Source of the DNA: Dudresnaya verticillata
Lineage: Eukaryota
Length of the DNA: 64,000 nucleotides
Direction: 5' to 3'
Assembly: GCA_977862235.1 (NCBI GenBank)
Contig: OZ374558.1
Coordinates: 930,001 to 994,000, forward strand
Shown: positions 36,734 to 47,630 of the stretch, piece after piece
Numbering within the stretch: position 1 is the first letter of the stretch
How the letters are laid out: every line of letters begins with the position of its first letter
Notes under the pieces: generated by a model
The model's input: only the letters and a program-made list of their open reading frames with translations
What the model was told of the DNA's origin: nothing
The model's database searches: none
Translations under genes and position numbers: made by a program

Positions 36734-38276
36734 CCCTAACCGGAGAAACAACGCTAAAAGCGAACGGAATGACGATCGAAACTGCACGGGCGTGCAATGG
36801 TCGCCAAAGGCGTGACGCCCCATTTAACGTATGTGGACGCGGGAAGACCACTGTGGCGACATACAGGCGCACACGTCACAGACGGAGAGGGACACGAATA
36901 CTTGCGTCATAGACGGCCACCCCAACGGCCCTCACACAGAGCCCCCGGAGGTGAGGGTGGCTGACAGTGGATCCAGATCCCTAGTTGAGATACGAGCCCC
37001 ACCAATCCAGCGGCACGACGAAGACCAGCGTTGGAAATTTTAATGGCCAAAAAAGGGGGAGCCGGACTACCCGACAATCCATAGCTACGCCAAACGAGAT
37101 AGGCCAAGTGGCAACACCGGTACTACGAGCGCGCACGACGACAGAAGCACTTCGAACCGCGCAAGGACCGTCCCCGACGCTGGCGCCGGCTCGCGCACCA
37201 CGGCCGAGTCGCTACAGCCTTCCATTACCCAGGCAGCAAACGCCTCGGCCACGCACGAACACACTCACACCGTCCCCAACGTACCTCCAGTAGGAGGGGC
37301 GCGCCGCTGAACCCGCCGAGAAGGGGGGAGTGAGTCGTCGAGGACACGATTATCACGGTTCCGTGCACGACGCACAACCAAATCGCTAACCAAATCGCGT
37401 AATGGCTCCGCCGCTGGGAATCGCCGCCACAGTCGCGCGACGAACATTCCCCACCCTTTGAGGAGAACGTCAGAGACGAGGAACAAGGCAACGCGCCCAC
37501 CAATAACTACTTCACCTACCACACGCACGACCACGCGACCTCCGTCAACGACGATGCGCACAACTACCCTACGCTACAGCGCACCAAGCGAGGAAAGAGC
37601 ACGACCTTCTATGTATGCGCCAGGGCGATAACAGGAATCAAATGGCTCACGCCCACGCGCAGGCCGCGGTCCGAACTCGACAACACTCAACAACGCTCTA
37701 AGCGAGTCCCCCATGACGACAATGTCGAGCGTGGTAGGATGGAGTTCAACGCAAGGAAACGCTTTGTTAAGCGGAATAACCAACAGGCTCCGCCCCGACA
37801 ACGTCAACAATAGTTGTCGTCAACGAAATACAGCTATGAAAACAACGCCTCAGGCGCACTACACAACGCTATTGCAGCGAGCAAAGAAGGGAGGTACAAC
37901 GCCCAAGTAACGTCTCTCGACGATTAATACAATAACATCGCCACGACGAGACAAGAAGTAGGTGGACTCTCGCCGAAGTGACACCACTTCTTACTTCTAC
38001 GTGTAAAACGAGTTCACTAACACGCCCGCAAGACACGGTGGCAACAACACGACGGTTGCAGCGAGACGAAAACAAACTACGCTACCAACGATACAATTTA
38101 TTTGGGCTAAGAAACGGGGAAGCCCTGCGCCCAAGCTACAAGCCACGGCGGCTAACGCCGCAAAACGTTCACCACATTCGTCAACGACGTACGATGCCCT
38201 ACCTTCCGACTTCGCAAGGGAGCCGACAAGGTACCACGACACGAATCCCCGCGACGGCCTTTCGCCGTAAACGACG

Positions 38277-40607
38277 CTAACTACGACACGTCGCAGGCGT
38301 CTTTGCTGAGCCCGCCACACCATCGCCCTCGGCGGACTCCCTAAACACCTCTTCATAGAGGTCATCTTCCGTCACTGAAGGAACACCCACAGCATCAACA
38401 GGGACGGACCGCAAAGGTACCGCCACCACAATCGCTGAAGGAGTAACACGCGCCACTGGCGAAGAGTTCGACTCACTACATACCCGCCTTAGGCGGCGAA
38501 GCCTCTTTAGCTTTGACAACCGCCGATGGCGTAGAACCAAGTCCATCATTCGCCTCCGGCGCTGCCACGATAACATCCGCCTTCGGCGTAGTTGCAGGGA
38601 CTGTCCCCTTGGACGACGAAGCAACCACAACCGCCTTTGGCGTAGAGTCTAATTCATCAACCGCTTCGGCGCAACTATAGCAACCGTCTTAACTGACGTA
38701 GCTCCCTCACCCGCCTTTGGCGTCACTGGTTCTATATCCGTCATCGACACAGGAGCCACTGGACCCTCCTAAACCGCCGGAGACGTTGTAGCGACATTTG
38801 CTTCGCTCGCCGCTGGCGGTACAGTAGCAATTACGTCTTTGGACGCTGAACCAGTCACCTTAGGCAATGAAAACGTTTCGCCTACACCGTCTTTCGACGC
38901 AGAACCTACACCAACCATCGGTACTGGGACCGACGCACTCTGGGGCCGCGGTACAGCCGCCAGAGACTTGCCCACCCACTCGGTGGGTGAGCCGCTCAAA
39001 CCGCTAGTAGCGCCTCCAGCGGCCCGCAATAACGCGAGCACGGTGCGGCGCTGTTATTCGGTCCAGACCGGCACCGAGGGGGCATTCACATATCCGTCTA
39101 CGATGTTTGATACTCCGCCTTGAGGCGTTACGGTCGGCGGAGCCGACTCGAGTATTGGCGTCGCCATAACGGCATCGCCGTCAACGTCAGCGACGGGATC
39201 CATAAGGTCCAGGGGTGCAACAGCTGGTAAGCCAACTGGCACCCCACCACCACCGGCAGACCCTTCGGGAAAAGCCGAGGGTGAGGCCGCAGCCTCGGTA
39301 GGTGACTCAACCGCCATAGGTCTAGCAACAGCCGTCCCAGACGGGTTCCCCGGTTCGCCATCGGCGTGAAAAGCATCTTCCTCGGTCATCAAGGCACTCA
39401 AATGCGGAGGAAAATCACCGACAAAGTCGCAGATCTTACGCAAACCACGCGGGTGATTACCCCGTGTGAAGCCGTCCGTTTTGCGATGGCGCTCCGCAAC
39501 GTTCTTCGTCGTACGACGCTTAGTCCATGGATTATAATGGATCCAATCGCCACAGGTGGGGTGAGTACGACTCATCGCGAATCGCGGGCGGTTCGCCTTA
39601 CGGCGGTTGTTCACTAACGGCACCATCGCCGGGTCGTTCCAATTAACTTCATCCGCTAATGAGCGAAAATTCCAAAACTCCTGGCTATTCCTCGACCCGC
39701 CGACTATCTCGGCTAGGTCAAGGCCACCAAGAGAAGCGACTACGCGAGGCGGCAGATAATACATGCGGAAGGTGTCATACACCTCCCACATCCAAGCATA
39801 CGCCACGTTTGCCACCCATTCGGTGTAGAACATCACCCACCACTTGGAATAAGGGTCCGTCATTAACTATGACCCGAGATGCGTGAGAAGTTTGGCAGCG
39901 AAACCTTCGCAAATCTCGAACTCTCGCCACACTGGCGGCACCTTGACGAAGCAGTGAGGCAACTTACTGCGTTCGATATGATCGACCTGCATATCCTGGT
40001 AGGCCACAAAGACGCCCTTTCGGCGACGCATTTCACACTCCCAACGAATGCACGTTCCCAAAAGAACGTACCCGTTCTGTGTTGGTAACGGAAATCCGCT
40101 TTCAAGCGTACACCCAAGAGGTACTCCTCCTGTATGACATCTGGCTCTGCCGAGACGCTCAGATGTTTGAGCGATAACTTCCCTAGATGATTCCCATATT
40201 CGATCTCGCCATTTGTTCGGTATTGAACAGTGTCAAACGCAAAGATGGCCGGCGTCAACACCGAACAAGGATAACGCGTGGAGCTACGATAGACGTCTGC
40301 GACGAACTTGGCATAAACGCCCGCACGAGATTGCCCTGCGCGAACCCACAGCCACTCGGGCGGCACTGTGCAGCGCAACTTCTAGTCTATCGTCCAGACG
40401 ATGGCAAGGGGGAGCCCTCGGAAAAAATCCGCTAGTAGCGTAATGAGCGATCAGCTCCTCGTTGCGCAAGACCTCCTGGTCAAACCAGGGGGCCTGCGCG
40501 AAGAGATCCCCGTGGTCCTGTGGGTTCTTCCCTACGAAGTCGTACGGCGACACGTATACCGTCCCGGCCGAGGGCGCCGCGACCTGGACACCATTGAACA
40601 TCGGCAT
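38277..40607 (-). pseudogene. Antisense accessory gene of element D
   Basis: ORF pieces 40284-40607, 39863-40378, 39054-39863, 38769-39041 and 38277-38630, colinear with the C antisense gene. Confidence 0.82.
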
Positions 40608-41062
40608 ATCGTCAGCGACGCAATTTAGTTCACTCTACTGGCGCGTAAGGTCAAACAAACGTCAACGACGACTCTTGTCCAACGCCACAGGCGGTTATAC
40701 TTTTTGCTTACATCAAGGACGCCTCTTGTTCAGCGCCACAGGCGACGACGATGAGCTGCTTCACAGACGGGAAACACCTACGCCTTGGGCGATGAGACTC
40801 ACGATATTCGTCTACGATGATGCAACTGAAACGGCTCAGGCGACGAATTGGATGTGGCGTCGTTGACGCGAATCGGAACGCGCCAGCGGCGATGATGCGC
40901 GGTGAAGAGAGAACGCTCGCCGCACGCAACGCGCAACATGAGCGGAGTTAGCACGGCACAGCTGGAGCGCAAAACGCACGCGCGACGAAGTGGAACACGA
41001 GGAAAACGCAAGCGGCAAGTCGTGTCGAGCAGCGGACGTGTTCACGTTTTGGAAGGGGATCG

Positions 41063-41929
41063 TGTGGTGCAAGGGGGGCCGCCCCTTTTTCGCTGTGAGC
41101 GTATTATATGGCAACGTCTACCGACGGCACTTCAACCGCCGTTGGCGCGCGAACACGTCATGGACGATTGGCCCACGGGCATACGGCCGCCGTTACCCCG
41201 CGCGGCGGCGCGCCCGCGCACTGTACGTGCAGATCCGGCTGTATCATCCCGTTCGACAAGGTGTAAGGCGCACGCCTGAAAGCTTGGCCCGGATCCGGAT
41301 CGGATCCGGATCGGACATCGGGATCCGGCATCGGGATCCACAGTGATGTAAGGTACGCGCCTGTAATGGCCGCGCGCCAGCAATACTGGCAGGGATCTGG
41401 ATCCGAATCCGGATCACTCGCACTTCTACACGCATGCGCCTGTAAGTCACCCATTACTCGCATGCACGCCTGTAAGCTACTCCTGAGCTCCCGCGCACGC
41501 GGCTGCATGGCGACGACGTCGTGTCAGACAATCAACGGCGCGACACGCGTCCTGAGTTCCCGCACACCGCGGCCGCCGCCGCCGCCCGTGTAGTATATCA
41601 GGTAATCCGTCTGAGACGTTGAGTAAACCCCGGACAAGCCGGCCGTGGTCCAGACTTCCCCGTTCCGCACGCCCGTACCCTCCGCTACCGCTGCCTACGT
41701 CCTAAGTGTCTACCTCCCGTGCTTCCACGATCAACCACCATCGTTGACCTGTTTCGTTTTTGTTCTCTTTTGTTCTTCCTTTCCGCCTCGGGCGTTTACA
41801 GTCCGCCCAAGGCGTGTCAACTGCTCTACCACAAGCCACCCTAGGCGAGGTTACTCACCGCCACGGGCGTCGTTACCCACCGAGCCCCGAACTGCTCGGC
41901 GGTGTTTCGTCCAGGACGTTTGCATCACA
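41063..41929 (+). repeat. 3' LTR of element D
   Basis: Direct repeat of 28486-29353, preceded by GGAAGGGGATCG. Confidence 0.95.
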
Positions 41930-41934
41930 GTAGC

Positions 41935-44013
41935 TTCCGAACAGTGAAACTGGTTTTGGATCAGCCAGGTGGGAGTCGTACGTAGACATCTCTTTCGAGC
42001 GGACCTGCTTGTAGGTATGGGCCCGAGATGTCTATCGTCCCGAGTCTGAAGCCTAGGATCGTAGCCAATGACAGCAGCAACCGAATCGTTGGGAACTTCG
42101 CTGTAGCACTTTCTTTTCGAATTTGATCCTTTCCCGATCCCGATTCAGTTGCGGGACCAATCGGGATTTAAGCTTTAGGCGATTTGTAGTTCCGTCGAAC
42201 TTAATTTGGGATAAGCAGTGCGAGGTTATAAGGTTCGACCTTTTCGGAACGTCCTTAATACGCACTTACCTGTAGGCTTTCTTCTCGGCGAAGTTCTGCT
42301 TTTCCTTCCTGATGGCTTTATCGATTATCCATCGAGGTGCGAATTGTAATCGATGTGCTGAGACAGGTTCATCGCCAATAACGTTTCCTATTTGGCGTAG
42401 GACTTCTTTGCTCAGCCGATTCCAATTCTTTTGGAGTTCTAACAATATCTGTTAGAACCGAATCACCGATATCTCGACGATATTCGTTGAGATTCTTTCT
42501 CTCACTCGGGCGTGAGTTCTCAATCGGGCGTGAGTTCTCATTCGGGCGTGAGTTTTTTACTCCATCTGCACCGGGATGGGATGAGAAGAAGGACTGTGCG
42601 TTTGGGTGCGATCCCCAGTTCACAACTTCGTCGTTGTTCAGCAATGAACCAATCGGAACGGTTCCGTGAGTGTCCTCTTCCATCGGCACAGTAACATCCG
42701 AGGAGCTCTCGATGTTGTTCTGACCGGTCTTTTGGCTGTAGTTCCCTGCAGCCATGGCTACAGGAACCTTGCTTTTTCCAGGGTTACTTTCGGTCATTTC
42801 CAGAGATTGTGCATCGGGCTGCAGATCATCTGAAGACATATCCATCCTATCCATTTCTTCCAATAACGATGGCACAAGGCGGATGTCCTCGGAAGCGATT
42901 CTCAAGTTCTTTCCACGGCCAAGTTGGTTTCAAGACAGTAGAACATATTGTGCCCTAGCCTCTTGGACAAACCCTTTTCTCCAATAGCGTTTCTTGGAAT
43001 CCTTATCGTAAAAGAATACGGGCGTCCCTGGTGACAATATCAGAGCATAATACAGCTGCGGATTCTTCAATCGCAGCATTTCGCTTAGAGCTCTTCGGGA
43101 TATCGTCTCGTGATGAGCTCTCATTAATTTCCCACCGACCGGGGATTGAGACATGCCTAAGGTCTAAGGAATATAACCTCGGCTCAATTCAAAAGGGGTG
43201 AGCTTATTCTTACCTCTGAGGAGGTTACAAAGAAAGCCTACCCTTGATATTATGTTCTCGGCGGAGTATTCAACGCCTCGAGCGGCTTTGATATGGTCGG
43301 CATCGTGTTTCAGTCGGAGTATCATCCTGCGAAGTGAGTAATTGGCAGACTCGATCGCCGCAATCCTACTGTGTTTCGGCGCAGGCCTCGATTGGAATCT
43401 TATCCCGTGTCGATTCGTCGTTGCCCTGAAGTCCTCGTTATCAAATTCAGGATCTGCCAACACAGCCACGGGCGGTCCATGAACGTTGACCCAGCCTCGT
43501 TCGAATGCCTTAGCGCATTTCACCATATCTCTGTTGTTAAGGCGAAGAGCGTTGCATAGGCCTGAAGCTCTATCCCTCATATTTAATGTGGGGTCTGACG
43601 TTAGAGGAACAACGTATAGAAAGACGGTTATGATATCTTCGTTGAACTTCCATAATGTCCTTTTTATAGAGACCTTTCGCACGTTGCGTGGTCTGCCAGT
43701 CTTCAGGCAACTGGTGCACTTGTTGTACGCAGCATGAAGTGCTTGTTCAAGTACTGCGGTGAGAACACCAGCCCTTTGCATAGCGAAATAATGTCCTTCG
43801 CTGTCATATGTGTATAGAGATGGAGGCGAGTTGCGAAGTATTTTGCGCTTATCTTCGATGAGTGAGCATCCGATGATGCACTGTTATTGAGCAATGCGTT
43901 AATCGAGAAATATGTCTTGATACATGAGAAGAATATGGTGAAATGGTCGAACTGGGATGGCACAACATGCAAGGGAGTACGGGTTTCGGGCCCCATAGTC
44001 GTGTATAGTGGTA
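41935..44013 (-). pseudogene. Copia integrase, linker and N-terminal RT of the host Copia element
   Basis: RLHLYTH...CTSC zinc motif, WVNVHGPP...ADPEF, AIESAN, TPFEL; RT LKLKSRLVP. Confidence 0.85.
42501..42554. repeat. In-frame 18-bp tandem repeat x3 (NSRP[N/I/S]E) in the Copia linker
   Basis: TCGGGCGTGAGTT core three times at 18-bp spacing. Confidence 0.9.
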
Positions 44014-44018
44014 CAGTG

Positions 44019-44783
44019 TGTGGTGTAACGGCAAGGGGGCTGCCGAAAGGAAGCAAATCGACGGGCCAACTGTACGGTCGGCCCAACCAAACGAAGACAC
44101 TTGGCCAATGAAGTCGCGCCGTCGGCGCGCGGACGGCGGTGAGCGCGCGCAAGTATGATACATGGCCACCAGCTGTACACGTGGCTCACACGTGGCCACC
44201 TACGACACTGAAGCGCACCACGTGTCCTGCTGTACACGTATGATCCGGTTCTCGGTCGGACGCAAATGAAAATTGGATTTGGCCGCAAGGTGAATCAAAG
44301 GGAAGACAGTGGAAAAATCAAGGGGAAATCTAACTCATTTGGCCAACCACTAACGAACAAGTACTCGGTTTAGTCTGGTAAGGGTACAACATTGGCCCGA
44401 CGCCGGAACACAAGCAGATATTTATGGCCGACCTGAGTAACCTCGGCCACTAACTGTAGATTAGCTCTAGATTAGTTCAGATGGCCGATTTTGAGCCTAC
44501 TTAGCTGGCCACACACTACGGCTAAGCCGAAAAAGGTACGAAGCCGTCCCGCCAGAGGTTGGGAGTAAAGTTTTGCAACCTTTTCCCAACTTGGCCATTC
44601 TCCGTCCTTATCACGGATTCTGGCCACGACTTCGTCTGCGCGCTCCCGCTCTACCACACTTGCTACCGGCGCGCAGGTCCGTTCTACGTTCTGGCCAGTT
44701 TTATGTCAAATCCGACAGGTCTTTGTGGTCTTCTTGGGGTCTCGTTGGGCTGCCGTACGCGGTGGTGTCCTAGAGATACTACA
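44019..44783 (+). repeat. 5' LTR of element E
   Basis: About 6 differences from 56575-57339 by eye. Confidence 0.96.
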
Positions 44784-44784
44784 C

Positions 44785-44802
44785 TGGTCTCCCGACCTAG
44801 AA
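44785..44802 (+). promoter_or_regulatory. Primer-binding site of E (tRNA-Tyr-like)
   Basis: TGGTCTCCCGACCTAGAA, identical to D. Confidence 0.85.
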
Positions 44803-45260
44803 GATCAGTTGTGATTTCGGCCGTATTTCTCCGTCAGAAGACTCGAGGAGCTGGCCGTAGTCGACGACGGCCAGTTTCTTCCTCGCTACTGTGGTGGCCA
44901 AACCCCGCAAGTTGCAGATTGCGGGTTAGTAACTACCCGGTTCCGCAATCTGATTGCCAGTCTACTTCAACCCGTTTCTGTGGCCACAGTCTAGGTCACA
45001 GGCCAGATACCCGTCGCTTGGTTCGTTCCCAGGTTGGCCACTTTGCACACTCGCTGGTTCGTTCCCAGCACAGGGAGCTTTGCACACGGCAGTGTCCGGC
45101 CCTTGGTATAGGGACTATTAGCTCGGAATCGTCCGTTCCCACCCCTGTGTTTTGCACACGACAGTGTGGTTCCCAGGAAGGCCACTTTGCACACGTCGGC
45201 CACGGGGTGGCCACGAATCGCTAGAAGTATCTGGCCAATCAGTCTCTGACGTACTTCGTC

Positions 45261-47600
45261 ATGTCTTCTTCTTCTTCACAGGCAGGCGGACAACCGCAGT
45301 CCTTACAAGACTCGGCTCCACCTCCCTCCGCGTTGGGCGCTCCCATAGGCCCACCCCCTGCTCCTGGCCTGTACCCACCGTTATCGGGGCCAACACCAGC
45401 TCCTCCGGTCCCGTTATCGACTGGCCAGTTCATTCCTCCGACAGTTGGACGAGCAGGGTCAGCTTCCACAGCAGGTGCCGTCCGTAATGAGGCACTACCG
45501 CGGACAGCCCCGCCGGTCTCGCCGTGGCGCACGCCACCGGCGGCCACAGCGCCACCGATGACTCCGCTGGCCGCTCCTGCCACTCTTCGGCCGCCTCCGG
45601 TTGACGATGATTCCCAGCCAGAACACGACGTTTGGTTGGGCCGGCAAGAGTTCTACCAGTATAAGCGTCGTACGGCCGATTGGCAACAAGAGGTGAAGAA
45701 CCAGTTTGGCGAGATGCAAGTCAAAATGTCCACCACGGCTCTGATTAGGGACCAGCAGCTTCGCCAGGAGATACACTCTGTCATCCCAGACGGTGCACTT
45801 ACGGCCATAGCAGAACGTTATGATGAGCGTCTGGAAAAGGTGGAGAAGGCCGTTTTCTCTTCCGACGGGAAGGGGAAACTCCCCGCTCTTCCTGGCCAGA
45901 CAAGGTCCGAGTCCGCTCGGATAACACCGGCCAACCTACCAGTCTTGGCACCGCAGGTGGGTGAACCGGTAGCAGCAGTGCAGAAGCAACTAGATAAGTT
46001 GCAAGATGAGATAACGGCCTTGTCGCATCCTGACAAGGCTCGGCCAAATATTCCTGGCGAAGGGGTACCACCACAAGAGGGCAACACTCAGAACAGTGGT
46101 GCCGCCCCACGGCCTGCTTTAGTTGGACCTTCGGGGCCAGTTGATGCAGGGGAACCTTCCATGGGATACACTGGCCAGTTGGATGAAACAGGTCTTCCTG
46201 TCGCGATGATGGGGCCAATGGAACCAGGCCTAGAGCCTCTCAAGACCCTCCAAGAACCCTTCCGGCGGGTGGTGGACTACCGAACCCACCGCCTGTTGGA
46301 TACTCGGCCAACGATGACTATGGAGGATGCGCGGCGCTTGTCCCGGATGACTCGCCAAATCCGGAACTTGTTCCCGCAGATGAACCCATTTGATGGCCGA
46401 CGTCCGATCGAACTCCTGTCCTTCCTCAAGGAGTTCAAGGATGCCTGTGATGGGACAAACGTCCATGAAGGGGCCGCCTTGCGTCTTCTGGCCTTCTTTA
46501 CGGCCGGTGATGCGAAGAGGTTCTATTCTGGCCGGATGTCCCGTGGTATAAGGTCAGTACACTCCATCTTTCCGATGAGTGGATTTTCACAAATCAGCTG
46601 GCCACACTTAGTCCACGCTCTCATCAAGCGCTACTGTACCGAAGATTTTCTGGCCGCTGCGTTCGACAAAGTGGCCAGAAGCAAACAGAAAGATACCGAG
46701 AACGAAGCGGAGTTCGCTGACCGGTTGGGGGATGCGGCGCTGTCGTGCGCCGATGTCTTCTCGGAGAACACCCTGATCAACCATTATGTGAGGGGTTTAC
46801 CTTCGACCACTCGTTCGGCCGTAGCTGAGAAGCTTATGCAGATGCGGCCGGAGGAGAAGGACTTCTCGACGGTGCGCCGAATCGCCATCGCCGAGGGGGA
46901 GACACACAGAGCCTACTTGGCTTCTGCACGTCCCAAAACAAGGTCGGCCAGTTCTCGAAGTGCGTTGGTCATCCATACCCTTGCGGCCGAACCTGCTTGG
47001 CAGGCGGAGCCCGAGGATATAGCGGCCAACTATGATGATCCGTTTGACACCATACCGGTTATGACCATTACTTCTGGCCAGAATGGTGCTCAGCAAACAC
47101 CGACAATGACGCCGACCACGCCGTCACCGGCAGGGTCGGTGTCCGGGGGTAATACCCCGGACCCACTCCGGAAACCTCCGACGTTAACGTCGGATGAGCT
47201 GGCCAAAGTCGCTATCATGCTACGCAGTGACAAAACCAGTGCCCGTTGTTGGGGTTGTCGCGAATGGGGCCATGATTTGTACACTTGTGTGTACCTACCA
47301 TTGGCCATCAGGAACTTGTTTGCCATACGTAAATTCCGCTTCCGAGATGAATTCGCTAGATGGCACCCCGAACAGTTTGCTGGCCGAGGTGGTCGAGGCT
47401 ACCGCCCCGACCAAAGGAATGTCTCCTTTGGTGATGGAAGGGGACGCCCTCCCCCTCAGGGAATACTCCGACGGCCACAACAATCATCTTCGAACCGTGG
47501 GAATCGGCAGGCCACGTTAGTCACTACGCAAGAACATCCAATGGATGAGGTGGTGGCCGATGTGGATTCCGATAATTCTTCGTTAGCATCGGGAAACTAG
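45261..47600 (+). CDS. gag: Gag of element E, 779 aa, intact
   Basis: Uninterrupted ORF; FDGRRPIELLSFL capsid-like start; CCHC knuckle CWGCREWGHDLYTC. Confidence 0.92.
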   Translation: MSSSSSQAGGQPQSLQDSAPPPSALGAPIGPPPAPGLYPPLSGPTPAPPVPLSTGQFIPPTVGRAGSASTAGAVRNEALPRTAPPVSPWRTPPAATAPPMTPLAAPATLRPPPVDDDSQPEHDVWLGRQEFYQYKRRTADWQQEVKNQFGEMQVKMSTTALIRDQQLRQEIHSVIPDGALTAIAERYDERLEKVEKAVFSSDGKGKLPALPGQTRSESARITPANLPVLAPQVGEPVAAVQKQLDKLQDEITALSHPDKARPNIPGEGVPPQEGNTQNSGAAPRPALVGPSGPVDAGEPSMGYTGQLDETGLPVAMMGPMEPGLEPLKTLQEPFRRVVDYRTHRLLDTRPTMTMEDARRLSRMTRQIRNLFPQMNPFDGRRPIELLSFLKEFKDACDGTNVHEGAALRLLAFFTAGDAKRFYSGRMSRGIRSVHSIFPMSGFSQISWPHLVHALIKRYCTEDFLAAAFDKVARSKQKDTENEAEFADRLGDAALSCADVFSENTLINHYVRGLPSTTRSAVAEKLMQMRPEEKDFSTVRRIAIAEGETHRAYLASARPKTRSASSRSALVIHTLAAEPAWQAEPEDIAANYDDPFDTIPVMTITSGQNGAQQTPTMTPTTPSPAGSVSGGNTPDPLRKPPTLTSDELAKVAIMLRSDKTSARCWGCREWGHDLYTCVYLPLAIRNLFAIRKFRFRDEFARWHPEQFAGRGGRGYRPDQRNVSFGDGRGRPPPQGILRRPQQSSSNRGNRQATLVTTQEHPMDEVVADVDSDNSSLASGN

Positions 47601-47630
47601 CCGGGCCGAGATCTTCGGTCGTGATCCCGT
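47591..47630 (+). promoter_or_regulatory. Putative -1 ribosomal frameshift signal at the gag/pol junction
   Basis: G GGA AAC in gag phase directly before TAG; the -1 frame is open into the protease; hairpin GGCCGAG-ATC-TTCGGTC follows. Confidence 0.75.

Larger units (their letters stand above)
28486..41929 (+). mobile_element. Ty3/Gypsy chromodomain LTR retrotransposon 'D', full-length, inserted in Copia RT
   Basis: ~867-bp LTRs with TG...CA ends, perfect TSD GTAGC, PBS 29356-29373, PPT 41051-41062. Confidence 0.97.

Noticed and set aside
44785..44802. tRNA gene
   Set aside because: Only the 18-nt complement of a tRNA 3' end (a PBS); no cloverleaf
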